NCBI GenBank assembly: GCA_002269645.1
Contig: NIVC01000852.1
Coordinates: 1 to 64,000 of the forward strand
DNA length: 64,000 nt
Direction of reading: 5' to 3'
Source: Macrostomum lignano
Lineage: Eukaryota
The notes under the pieces are model-generated. The model searched no databases, had not been told where the DNA came from, and saw only the letters and a program-made list of their open reading frames with translations. Made by a program: the position numbers and the translations under genes. Below, one piece after another: positions 39,980 through 53,210 of this stretch; the stretch's first letter is position 1, and each line of letters begins with the position of its first letter.

Positions 39980-40929
39980 CTATATATGCCAGTTAGTTGA
40001 GTGCCTATGAAAGCAACGTATCGTTAAGGACGATTCTTTAAGCACGATATCTTCAAAAGCTACCGTTCTGTGAAGAATGCAGCAGACTATCAAGCCACTT
40101 ACTCTAATAACGTCTCCTCTCTGATCCTGAATTGCCGTTTCAAATGAGACAAGTCCGTACCTCGCGGATTTCTATACTGCAAAATCAAGAGCCAGTCTGC
40201 TTCCTGTTTCCTTACTTTAAAAAGGAAACTTGAGTTGAAATTTAGCTCATGTTTGCCGCTAGCCGGGTGGCCGGTTGTCCCCTACTGGTCCGAGCGGTCC
40301 TCAGCCAATCAAATCGGATTCTGAGCCACACTGCATGGCGACTTGAGTGCGGTGGTGACTTCTCTTTTACGATGGTGCACTCACATAAGAGATTTATCTG
40401 TAGGTACGGGCTTTTTTGATGGAAGCTCACCGCTTCACGTTCAGCTTGTAAAAAACTTTCTAGTTTAAAGCACGAATGAGCTTTGTAATGATTCTGTTCC
40501 ATAGAAACTCGAAATCATTATTTTAGTAATTAGTGCCAATTCATTCGGCCAGGTGGTGGCACAGTTGTGATCAATTAATTTTTAGTCTGCGAAATTCAAT
40601 GAGCAGACTGAATTTTAATAATCATAGCCACGCCACTTTTCTCATTACTGTCAGTGTAATTACTTTTGGAAAATTTGAGACGGAAAAATCACGTTCCGCA
40701 TGAGTACTCGAATCTGTTTTAAACTGCTTCGAAAAAATTGCTTGCGTCCTCTCAGCCTGAGCTGCGCACTGAAGCTGCCAAAATAATGAAACAATCAACT
40801 ATTAATGCGCAAAATTCTATCGCATTTACCAGCAAAAAATTGAACGGAAGAAAACAGGTGAACCCGTTTTAAACAGCACGTTTTCCGCACCCATCTCTCT
40901 AACTAAAGCGAGAGTCGACGTCACGCCCA

Positions 40930-41428
<499 letters not shown>

Positions 41429-41984
41429 ATTGCCGAAGACCCGGACCTGTGAGTTCTCTAATACTTCTGTATCGCTCTGCTCTGCCTGGCCCTTCCTCTA
41501 CCGCTAATCTGCATTCGGTTTCAAGCGGTTCGTCTCACCAGAAGAGTCGCAGAATCAAGCGCAACACAAATACAATAGTTTGGAATCTGGCAGCGGGTTT
41601 TTAAAGCGTTTGTCTGCTTCCTTTGATTCTATTTAACTGAAAGGTGCGCAATTCCTGGTATAATTCCTTCCTAATTATTTTCTTGTCAGGCAAAAAACGG
41701 AGAATAAATATACTGCGCAGCTGTGCCTTTCCCGTACGGTGACAATAATACGGTTTAGAGTAAGAATGTGTATGCTACTGATGCTATTGCTTTTGTGAAG
41801 CTCAGTGATCTGTGTATGCAGCATACTGAGATCAGAGTACATGTACAGTGTATTTAGAATAAAGTATGACTTGCTATAACTTACTGTAGGCTTTGAGCGC
41901 CATTTTCGATTGAGAATTAATGATACACGATATACGTTACATGCAAATTTATCAGGAACCATATAGTATAATGGCATCATACTC

Positions 41985-42735
41985 GTGGATAGGGATATAC
42001 ACGAGATACATCACATGCAGCTAGATCAGGAACCATGGGACATCATAGATAGGGATATACACGAGATACATCACATGCAGCTAGATCAGGAACCATGGGA
42101 CATCATAGATAGGGATATACACGAGATACATCACATGCAGCTAGATCAGGAACCATGGGACATCATAGATAGGGATATACTGAGATACATCACATGCAGC
42201 TAGATCAGGAACCATGGGACATCATAGATAGGGATATACACGAGATACATCACATGCAGCTAGATCAGGAACCATGGGACATCATAGATAGGGATATACA
42301 CGAGATACATCACATGCAGCTAGATCAGGAACCATGGGACATCATAGATAGGGATATACACGAGATACATCACATGCAGCTAGATCAGGAACCATGGGAC
42401 ATCATAGATAGGGATATACACGAGATACATCACATGCAGCTAGATCAGGAACCATGGGACATCATAGATAGGGATATACACGAGATACATCACATGCAGC
42501 TAGATCAGGAACCATGGGACATCATAGATAGGGATATACTGAGATACATCACATGCAGCTAGATCAGGAACCATGGGACATCATAGATAGGGATATACTG
42601 AGATACATCACATGCAGCTAGATCAGGAACCATGGGACATCATAGATAGGGATATACTGAGATACATCACATGCAGCTAGATCAGGAACCATGGGACATC
42701 ATAGATAGGGATATACTGAGATACATCACATGCAC
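41985..42735. repeat. 60/59-bp minisatellite (ACGAGATACATCACATGCAGCTAGATCAGGAACCATGGGACATCATAGATAGGGATATAC)
   Basis: ~12.5 copies, identical except for an AC>T variant giving 59-bp units. Confidence 0.97.
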
Positions 42736-43376
42736 CTATAGGACATCATGTCTTGTACTGCACCGCTGCATGTACTATTAAATTATAGAATTCCCAGAAA
42801 ATACATGCATATGTATTGCTCGCTTTTGTCTTGAAATGTCAACTCGTCGGCCGATGGAGCTGATGCAGAACTATCAGAGCCTCAGAATGATCCTTAGACT
42901 AACTCTAATGACTCATTCCTGTCGCTTCACCGCCTGGGACAGCCCTAAAGTGCATGCCTGGCGGTTGGTTTGCATGATTTGGGAATCTGACTGATTGATA
43001 AGTTGATTGACTGGGAACTATTTCGTTTTCGGGTCTACTGCGACCTTCGCTTCAGTAAATTGGCCACTCATCTTCACCAGTTTGATCAGGTCCAGCTGGC
43101 TTTCCTCGTAAATTCACACTTCGTTCAACTGACTAGGAGCAACTAAGCAAATGTAAGTCTTTAGTTAGGATTGTCGGGCGCACATTACTAATGTTTGTTT
43201 AGTGTTTGCGCCATAATACAGTATTCTTGAAATTCTGATTTTTCAATGACCAAAAGCTTACTTAATTGCATGCATGTTACCTCTTTGAGTTTCATACATA
43301 GATACTAAAAGAACACAGGACATCATTTGATTCATCTTTTTAGGCCCCAATGTTAAATTTAACCTTAAACGGAGAA

Positions 43377-43615
43377 CAGGGACTATGTACTCAATACTCG
43401 GGACGGGAAACTTTGGAGGACGAGATCTATATATAATAATTTAGTCCTAGAAAAGCATAGCTTGGATAGATTTTTATCGCTGACACAAACTCACTGACTA
43501 CAAGGTATAGTGTAGAACCTATCCAAGTAATGCTTTTCAAGGACTAAGTTATTAATAGATCGGCCTCCAAATTTTGTCGTTTCCCGTCCCGGCCGAGTAT
43601 TGATCGTTGTCCCTG
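43377..43615. mobile_element. Fold-back MITE, 239 bp, with a 9-bp TSD (Mutator-like)
   Basis: Termini CAGGGAC...GTCCCTG. Nested inverted segments (TCAATACTCGG, GGGACGGGAAAC, TTTGGAGG, GATCTA, AAAAGCAT, CTTGGATAG) run inward. Flanks AACGGAGAA (43368-43376) and AACAGAGAA (43616-43624) match 8/9. Confidence 0.8.
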
Positions 43616-45583
43616 AACAGAGAAGAAAAGTGTATTAAGTGTATTTACATGTAGTGATTTCAGCTGCTATTAGCCCATACGTATATAGTAATATAAAGTT
43701 AGTTAGAACGCAATTAACAGATTTAACGCAGCCTAATCGTGTACATTAAAAACCTATGACAGTTTACAGAACCCTACTTTAAAAATTGGAAAGCTAGTTT
43801 TATTAAATAAACAGTATTATTATAGTATAGAAATACAAAGTAAAGTTAGCTTTAAGCATAAAATTTTGTTTGTGTAGCTACGCGGAACTAATTCAAACTC
43901 TATATCAGCGCGGAAATCGTTCCAAGAAGAAGCTCGTTCGCTTTTTTTTTCGCATAAATCGTTTTTATTTCACATCTTTCAACGTTTTGTGTAAAAAAAA
44001 AATACTTTTAAGCAACGATTTTTATAAAAAAAGATACTTGAGCTAGAAATATAATATATAGCTGTGGGTCATTATCGCTTGAATCAGTTAGGAATTACAA
44101 CAGACAAGACTGTCCAAGGATTAGCAGTAGATCTCAAGACATTGTCATTAGAATGATTCAATAAATTTCTATTGTAAAAATACTGATGTCTGTACCTATC
44201 TTTATTTTTTCATTATTTCACCTATTTATTCTATTTTAGCTGCATAATTGCAAGAGCAAGTGATTAAAAAAATCAGATTTTGTAAATAAAATTTTATGTT
44301 TTATTTTAAGACTAAGTAAAAATGTATAGCATATATTATATTATATTATATTGTGATTGTATGTAATATTGTATACTAAGATAATATTGTGTGATAATAA
44401 AAAATAACAATTTATATATAGTTTTATGAATAGATAAAATTATTTTTAGTATTTACACAATAAATAATTGTTAACATTACTTCCAAATTATATAAATTGT
44501 CGTAGGGCTTACTTCTGTCCTCCAACTATCCCAATATTGCCACCAAGTTGTTAACTTGTTACCGGTGTTTTACCTCCTACTTTATCAATTTTAATCCCAA
44601 CCGCTGATACTAGGTGGTAACAGGACTTTTGGCTTCTATGAAATTTCCATTGTTATGCCACCAAGTTGTCACAGGGGTTATTCCTGTTTGCCAACTACAG
44701 TTATCCGGATTATACTTGTCTCTACTCCCTATCTATTTCTTAGAATTTCATTTAAATATTTCTGGGTAGCGTTCTTAGTATCGTTTCTGGTAGCTTTTGG
44801 CCAGCTTTCTGGTAGCGTTCTAGTAGCTTATGGCCTGAGCGGTCTAGTACTAGTATATATATTAGTGAATAGTCCTAATCGGGCGTTCACTGAGGCTAGA
44901 GGGTCACGGCGCCTCTTGTAATACTTCTGCGAATTATCCCCTGATTCCCTTTTCTTAGCAAATCTCTTGGAATCGTTTCTCAGACTTTGCAAATGAATAA
45001 GTCGCTAATCAACTCGAAAGACTTTGAAAGGTTTAGATTGAACTGCTTATTTTGTTTGCGATATTTGCTCACAGGTAAAAGACAGTTGGTTTATTTGCTA
45101 CAAAATCACTCCTATATATAGTGGTTTCCCCCCCATACAATTAAAACAAAAAATAATTCCCCAATTTATTTCACGCAGTAAAACAAATTATTCGGTACAG
45201 TAAAACGAAATATTTATCTAGTATTTCGCACGAGTTTGGTTTCTAAGAAAACATACCTTTATTGCTCAAAATTCGTACAGTATTGAAGCACTACTACAAA
45301 ATTAAATTGTAGGCTCAATTATATTATGTATTTTATTGCTATATATCAGTCTGGCTAGGCAGCTAGGCTTAGAATTTTTTAATAGATTTTATTTTTGTCA
45401 ATTTTATAATTTTAAGTAGTATGCTATATATGCAATAATTGAAATAAAGGTTCTTTAATAATAGATTCCAATAGCTTGATATATTGAATACTATATTAAT
45501 TATAATATTGTTCAATGTTTTAAAAGAAGTATTCTAAATTGATTCTTGGCTGGAATTTGAACTTTTGTATACTGATCTAAGTT

Positions 45584-45760
45584 CAGGGGCGGACCTGGAT
45601 TTTATTGTGGGGGGGGGGCAAGCCTCACATCTGGTCAGGCCAGAGCTGCAATTAGGATACCATGATACCAATACAGCATGATACCAATACATCTAAGGAT
45701 TTTTTGGCAGAGCTAAGGGGGGGCATGGCCCCATTGCCCCCCCCCTTCGGTCTGCCCCTA
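45584..45760. mobile_element. hAT-type MITE, 177 bp, with a perfect 8-bp TSD
   Basis: TIRs CAGGGGCGGACC and (reverse complement) TAGGGGCAGACC match 10/12. TCTAAGTT flanks both sides (45576-45583, 45761-45768). An 8-bp TSD is characteristic of hAT elements. Confidence 0.85.
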
Positions 45761-45953
45761 TCTAAGTTTGAATCTTAATGAAAAATGATTTTGTAAGCCT
45801 GTAAGAGTTATATATGAATTTATTTATCTATGGCTATATTTGTTGTTTATAACTAACTGTATTTATGTTTGCTTGAATTACAAACTTTTTAAGTATTTTA
45901 TTCCAATATTTTCAATTTTTATTTTAATTATCAATATTTTATCGCCATTATTA

Positions 45954-46554
45954 GTGTGAGACCAAGATGGCTACACACCAAAATGGCCATAGCCACATTA
46001 AATCTCTATTATATCTATTTTCTCTCTAACAATAATTAGCAACTTAATAGCTATTGTTTTATTATCATGCATTATTTTCTTTTAATCACTCATATTTATA
46101 AATATTGATACAATAATAGATTTGAAACAAATTATTCATAATATAAAATCTTTAAGCTTTTTAGTGTTTATGCTAATTTATTCCCATAAGTCAATATATA
46201 TCAAATATATCACTTTCAGTTTATTAAGAAACCATTGCTAATATTAATGCTATACAAAATGAGATAAATATGCAACAAGGTATTTATTTTATGCTTTGCT
46301 ACTTGCTTGATTTAGTATCTAAACATCTATAAGTCAAGCTATAATAAAAGCTAGGCCTAAAAACAAAGGGAATGAATCCGAATGATTATAATGTAATGTA
46401 ATATAATTCCATTTTAGCATCTATCTTCCTAATTATTACCAATAAGAAAATGGAAATGAGTGAAATATAGACCTATACTTATTATTATTTATTTTAATTT
46501 AGACATTTAGATCTGTGGCCATCTTGGTGTATGGCCATCTTGGTGATGTGCCCC
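45954..46554. mobile_element. Degenerate ~600-bp MITE with ~50-bp inverted repeats
   Basis: ACCAAGATGGCTACACACCAAAATGGCCATAG at 45961 versus the reverse complement of 46510-46544 (ACCAAGATGGCCATACACCAAGATGGCCACAG). Exact ends and TSD unclear. Confidence 0.6.
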
Positions 46555-48798
46555 ATTATCATTTTATTTATTAGCAAAAATGGTTGCTAAGTATAAAAGT
46601 TTAGTGTATAATAAAAATAATTGATATTGTTACTTTAAAAAAATTCTTTTAACAAACTCATTGTTTGATTGATACATTGAATAAAATAAATAGAGAAAAA
46701 AAGAATTCAGTAGACCATCCTATTTATAGAATTAAATATTCTTGTTTTTCAATGCAATGATATAGATATAAATGAGACAACTTGACCTAAATAGAATTTT
46801 TTTAGAATAAACTGAAAATATTTCATTTGATAAATATTTATATGCTAGGCCTAATAATTATTGTTATAGTATTTATCATACTCATTTAAAAATTTATTAT
46901 TAGATAACAACAATTTATTTAACTAGTTGCCTTTTTGAACCATTTTACAATTTAACCTATTTGATGAAAATGTTATTATTAGGCCTAGTTAAACTTTTTC
47001 TATATATATAAATCATTTGTTTATAAGTAGATTATCTTCTTTTTATCTTCTTATCTTCTTATGTTTTAGTCATTTTTTCATTGTTATCATTTAAACCCTC
47101 AATGGGATTGGCTATAATAACAGAAATTTTCTATAAAAAATATATAGAAAATTATTATAGGGTCTAATGCATCCCAAAATTTCATTTGAAGGTTAAAATC
47201 TTTCAAGCTTAATAACTAGCTATAGTATGACTAAAGATGGGACAATTATTTGAAATCAAATCAATTTGACCTAATTTTTGGTTTAAATCAGAATCAGAAA
47301 GTTGATAATCTAAACAAAATAGTCATGTTAACTTAAAAGCTAATTATTGGTATAAAATTGAGTATTGGTTCATGAATTAAGGGAAAAATTAGAAATAAAT
47401 AGGAATTAGGGAATTAAGGACTAAGAAGTTTATGTTTGATGAGTTGAGAGTGTTAGGGGTTGTGGGCTTATGGCTTACAAAAGAGGGAGGAAATTAAAGA
47501 TAGGGCAACATATAGCACATCTCGAGGAAAAGCTGGGTGCTTAAGCAATTGTGAGCATGTGCTTAGATTGCATACCACGGCTTTAGGGAGACTTTAAAGC
47601 TTTAGAAGAAGTGAGGCATTAAAAATCAAGTTTATGGAACATGGATTCAGGGGTGCTAATTACCATAAACTTAGAAGGGTTGGTTGGACATTTGGTCTAG
47701 GCACATTTTATAAGACAAGAAGATGCAGGCCTATTGGTTGACCATATGCTTCTAGCTAGACATTTCTGCAGAGGTTTAGTCATTGCAATTCATGGCTTTG
47801 CCAAAGCATTTACCTATGTGATAGTTTTTACAAGAAAATGGAACAGTGAATAGAGCATTCATAAAAAAATGAAAATCAGCTCACATTTTTAGTTACTTTG
47901 ATAGCAATTTATCTAGAAAGAATTCATTCAACTATCAATTAGCACTACTGACAAGTGACTAATAGGTAGTAAAGTTGGTATATTGTTGAATGAAATATTC
48001 ATTTTCATTGTTGTTTGGTATTCAAATCAGTTCTATTAGATATTCAAATCAAATTGGATCAAAAAATTCATTTTGTCCTATCTTTAGGTATGAAAATCTT
48101 AAGCAGTGTATTTTTACAAGTATATACAGCTATTACAATGAATTTATATACTTGAAAAGTATGTTTATCAATCATAAAATGTGCAATTCAACTGTTAAAA
48201 TGGTTTGCTATTTGGTTTTATTCTATAGTCTAATATAATATCTATCTTTTATCAAATACTTATTCCAGGTGATATAGTTATAATTCTTAATTTTTTAATA
48301 TCTTTTTTCTACTTAATAGTAGGCATTTTGCTATTCTTCATTTTTATTAGTAGAAATCTTTAAGTTGCCAATATTAGTGAATTTATACATGTATAGTTTT
48401 TTTTTCTTTTTTTCTCAAATACTTGTATTAAAATGCTACACAGAAGTCTGAGCATACTCAGATGTCAATTTTGACTGATATATAGAGTAATATACCTAAT
48501 GACTTCCATCAATCACTTTCAATCTTTCTGTTCTGTGTGCACAACTAGGCAGGCAGCTAGCAGACTTGATCATTTGCACTCTTGTCTCTACTGTCTATTG
48601 TATGCCCAGTTGTAAACTGAAATCACTGTAGACCAATTGCAGGTTTACAGAATTTCACTGTATGCAAAGCTGCTTAAATTAATTACTTAAAAAATATGAA
48701 TATAAATATTAAAAAATTAACATAAGCAGGAATTTTAAATGATTTTATAAAATTGAATGTATTGTATTTAATTGAAGTAAGAAAGCTGTTTTGCTGCT

Positions 48799-50573
48799 TC
48801 ATCTCATGCTACTTAGTGCTAACAAAAGTGCCATAGCAACTAAAACAGTTGGCCATAGTCTGCCACCATACAGGCTGCCAGCTGTATTGCACAAGGCATC
48901 CTTACAAAAGCACAGCACTCCACTTCCTGTACGCGATTCACTTATGCACACTGGCAAGTTTTGATTAAATCGAATGTTCATCTTAGTCGAACAGGTGCGA
49001 ATTATGCTGATAGCATGGTCTGAAATGATTCATTGGGGTTGGTTTCAATGTGCACAATACACTTAAAGAAATCGTCTATTGTCTCTTATTGCTCACCTAA
49101 ATGGGTCGCCCGAACCCATTTGACGCAGAAAGTGTCGCATAGTGTGGTGCTAATATTGTACCTGGCCAGCAGCGCTTTGCCACTAATTTCGTCATTGCCT
49201 TTCCATTTGTGCAAATTGTGAACTTCTCGCCTCAGAGTTGTATGAAATGGATCTCTGCACGCCCTGGCTCCGGCATTGCCGCTGTCTGTTGAGCACTGGA
49301 TGCAGTTGAATACTTTTTCTGGATGCAGGGGATTGAGTAGTGTAATACTGATACTGGAATTGGTCTGTTTCATCGAATATGTCCAGCTATTCGAATGCTA
49401 AAAATGCATCCCTGATACTTTAGTAATCACCCCCGATACTTTAGTAATCACCCCTGATGCTTTAGTAATCGCCCCTGATACCAGGAGTCATTACGTCAAA
49501 CTTTGCATCAAACTTTAGTTGACGTCAAACATTGCGTCAGACTTAGTAATCAGTAATCACCACTGATACTTTAGTGATCACCCCTGATACTTTAGTAATC
49601 ACCCCTGATGCTTTAGTAATGACCCCTGATACTTTAGTAATCACCACTGATACTTTAGTAATCACCCCTGATACTTTAGTAATGACCCCTGATACTTTAG
49701 TAATCACCACTGATACTTTAGTGATCACCCCTGATACTTTAGTAATCACCACTGATACTTTAGTAATCACCACTGATACTTCAGTAATCACCCCGATCCT
49801 GAAGTAGACACCCTGATCCCAGAGTAGACACCCTGATCCTAGAGTAGACACCCTGATCCCAGAGTAGACACCCTGGTCCCAGAGTAGACACCCTAATTCT
49901 AAAGTAGACACCCTGATCCTAAAGTAGACGCCCTGATCCTAAAGTAGACACCCTGATCCTACAGTAGACACCCTGATCCTACAGTAGACACCCTGATCCT
50001 GAAGTAGACACCCTGATCCTAAAGTAGACACCCTGATCCTACAGTAGACACCCTGATCCTGAAGTAGACACCCTGATCCTAGAGTAGACGCCCTGATCTG
50101 ATCCTAAAGTAGACACCCTGATCCTACAGTAGACACCCTGATCCTGAAGTAGACACCCTGATCCTAGAGTAGACGCCCTGATCTGATCCTAGAGTAGACA
50201 CCCTGATCCTAAAGTAGACGCCCTGATCCTAAAGTAGACACCCTGATCCTAAAGTAGACACCCTGATCCTAAAGTAGACGCCCTGATCCTAAAGTAGACG
50301 CCCTGATCCTAAAGTAGACACCCTGATCCTAAAGTAGACGCCCTGATCCTAAAGTAGACACCCTGATCCTAAAGTAGACGCCCTGATCCTAAAGTAGACA
50401 CCCTGATCCTAGAACCTAACCTTGATTTGATACATAAGTATGGGCCCTCGTGCTAAAGTGGGCGCTCTTCAAAGCTCTTCACTCACTGCTGCAGTTGATA
50501 TCAGTCTCCGCTCCTCCTCTCACTTGTTGCGTCAGCGTGTACACCAGAACAATCACTGCAAATTTGTTGCCAT
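48799..50573 (-). CDS. Quiver/sleepless-like (Ly6/three-finger) predicted GPI-anchored protein, gene 1
   Basis: Exons 49318-49097 and 49019-48799 are joined by a 77-nt GT-AG intron: FNCIQCS..ACRDPF..LCDTFCVKW..IIRTCS..CIS..LCFCKDALCN, then a hydrophobic GPI-type tail. Candidate signal-peptide exon 50573-50487 (MA(T)KFAVIVLVYTLTQQVRG, GTGAGT donor) needs one A restored, so exon 1 is inference. Confidence 0.8.
49408..50425. repeat. Two adjacent related 21-bp minisatellites (CCCTGATACTTTAGTAATCAC, then CCCTGATCCTAAAGTAGACAC) in Quiver-like gene 1 intron 1
   Basis: Switch near 49790; a 60-bp unique insert at 49484-49545; ends in AACCTAAC. Confidence 0.94.
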
Positions 50574-50934
50574 TCAGATCATACGAGTGTATGGCTTTGT
50601 TTCGAGAATAAAAAAACTAAAACTCTGTATCTGCATTTGTGGCTAAGTTTAGTTCGTCACAAAGCTTAGCGAAATCTCGCCCCTATATGGGAAACTTTGT
50701 TAGCCCTGGGTGCAGAGTCGAGGCATCTTAGCGGAAACTCAATTTCACGGGTCTAGCGGCTAAATCTTTATTGAACATCTCTCGCTTGCTGTCTATCTAT
50801 TTATATTTACTGCTTGTCTTGGCGCGCCCCCTGTCTGTGATAATGCTCGCTTATCTCCCAGGTTTTTCTTGTTGCTGTTTTTTCACTCTTAGTTGACCTC
50901 TTCTATCTGCTGGTTGTTGGGAGAACTTTTCTAC

Positions 50935-51802
50935 CTCACCTCACTCCCTTAAAGCGCAACCCATTCCTGCACCCACCTCACTCCCTGCCCTAAAGCACAC
51001 TCCATTCCTGCACCCACCTCACTCCCTGCCCTAAAGCACACCCCATTCCTGCACCCACCTCACTCCCTGCCCTAAAGCACACCCCATTCCTGCACCCACC
51101 TCACTCCCTGCCCTAAAGCACACTCCATTCCTGCACCCACCTCACTACCTGCCCTAAAGCACACCCCATTCCTGCACCCACCTCACTCCCTGCCCTAAAG
51201 CACACCCCATTCCTGCACCCACCTCACTCCCTGCCCTAAAGCACACTCCATTCCTGCACCCACCTCACTACCTGCCCTAAAGCACACCCCATTCCTGCAC
51301 CCACCTCACTCCCTGCCCTAAAGCACACCCCATTCCTGCACCCACCTCACTCCCTGCCCTAAAGCACACCCCATTCCTGCACCCACCTGACTCCCTGCCC
51401 TAAAGCACACCCCATTCCTGCACCCACCTCACTCCCTGCCCTAAAGCACACTCCATTCCTGCACCCACCTCACTCCCTGCCCTAAAGCACACCCCATTCC
51501 TGCACCCACCTCACTCCCTGCCCTAAAGCACACCCCATTCCTGCACCCACCTCACTCCCTGCCCTAAAGCACACCCCATTCCTGCACCCACCTCACTACC
51601 TGCCCTAAAGCACACCCCATTCCTGCACCCACCTCACTCCCTGCCCTAAAGCACACTCCATTCCTGCACCCACCTCACTCCCTGCCCTAAAGCACACCCC
51701 ATTCCTGCACCCACCTCACTCCCTGCCCTAAAGCACACCCCATTCCTGCACCCACCTCACTCCCTGCCCTAAAGCACACTCCATTCCTGCACCCACCTCA
51801 CC
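50935..51802. repeat. 41-bp minisatellite (CCATTCCTGCACCCACCTCACTCCCTGCCCTAAAGCACACC)
   Basis: ~21 copies between the two Quiver-like genes. Confidence 0.97.
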
Positions 51803-52559
51803 TACGTACTAGTAGTGTATTGCCAGAACTGCTCAGTCATCAGTCACTTTTACCTATCAGCCGGGCACTCATGATCGTCACAGTTGATATCCTCGTCTCA
51901 GAGTCTTAGCGAACCGGTTCACCTGCGACCAGACCAAGGTGATGGATATATAAGAGCGGGTGGCAGCTGGATGCAGTGAAATAATAATTGAACTCACTCA
52001 GCTGCGTTCAGGTGGCCGTTTCTGTCAGGATCTCTGCTGCTTCTGCAGCCTTTTTTCCCGTGCTTTCCTTTTCTTCCTTAGCGGCTTTATATTATTAGTT
52101 CCCCGCCTTGCCGCCGCCGGCTTCCGTCTCTTCAGTCGGGATGATTGAATGCTTCGCAGCAGTCTGAAGTGGGGTCGCTGCTCATTTTTCGACTTCCCAG
52201 TGCCCGCTGCCCTGTTTCTTTTTGTCTTTTCTCGCTTTCTATTTGACTATTGCTACTCTCTATCCATCTCTCTCGTTCGGCCATTGGGCAAAAAGGAAAG
52301 GGGGGGGGTCAAAAACGATTGAACTCCCTTCTGTGGTCAGTCAGTCACACAGTGCTATCCTTGGCGTGCCCTACGGCTCTCTAAATCACTGACTTAAAGT
52401 TTCACTTGCACAAGCAGACTAAGGCGTTGTAGCTGAGCAAATTTATGATGCTTAAATATGCGCCTAGTCTAACAGATATATTAACAGTGACACTGCGATT
52501 TGGATTTAAACTCAGTCAAAGTAATTTCGCGTAGAATATAAAAAACTAAGTTTCTGCAC

Positions 52560-53118
52560 TTTGATGCTAAAAGTGATACTAAAGTAGGCGCCCCTGATAC
52601 TAAAAGTGATACTAAAGTAATCGTCCCTGATGCTAAAAGTGATACTAAATTAATCGCCCCTGATTTTAAAAGTGATAAGCACCCCTGATGCTAAAAGTGA
52701 TACTAAAGTAGGCACCCCTGATGCTAAAAGTGATACTAAAGTAATCGTCCCTGATGCTAAAAGTGATACTAAAGTAATCGCCCCTGATTTTAAAAGTGAT
52801 AAGCACCCCTGATGCTAAAAGTGATACTAAAGTAATCGCCCCTGATTTTAAAAGTGATAGGCACCCCTGATGCTAAAAGTGATACTAAAGTAGGCACCCC
52901 TGATGCTAAAAGTAATTCTAAAGTAGGCGCGCCTGATGCTAAAAGTGATACTAAAGTAGGCACCCCTGATGCTAAAAGTGATACTAGAGTAGACACCCCT
53001 GATTCTAAAGTCCGTATGCTAAAGTAGGCACCCCTGATGCTAAAAGTGATACTAGAGTAGACACCCTGATTCTAAAGTCCGTATGCTAAAGTAAGCGCCC
53101 CCTGATGCTAAACCTAAC
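52560..53118. repeat. ~33-bp minisatellite (CCCTGATGCTAAAAGTGATACTAAAGTAGGCAC), related to the 49.4-50.4 kb arrays
   Basis: Same CCCTGAT..CTAAAGTAG core, AGTAGACACCC variants, also ends in AACCTAAC. Confidence 0.92.
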
Positions 53119-53210
53119 ATGATATCCGGCATACACCAGCGCAACAGTCGCTGTTAGACACGCACTCACATACACAATCACTCGTGTGCATGACGCACAG
53201 CAAAGCAAAA

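Noticed and set aside
44490-47900. Mitochondrial insertion or transposase gene in the AT-rich island
   Set aside because: No recognisable mitochondrial gene, rRNA, tRNA or DDE/RT motif in the frames I read; the longest ORFs are under 90 aa.
51960-52290. Charged open stretch between the Quiver-like genes
   Set aside because: No start or splice context and no homology recognised.
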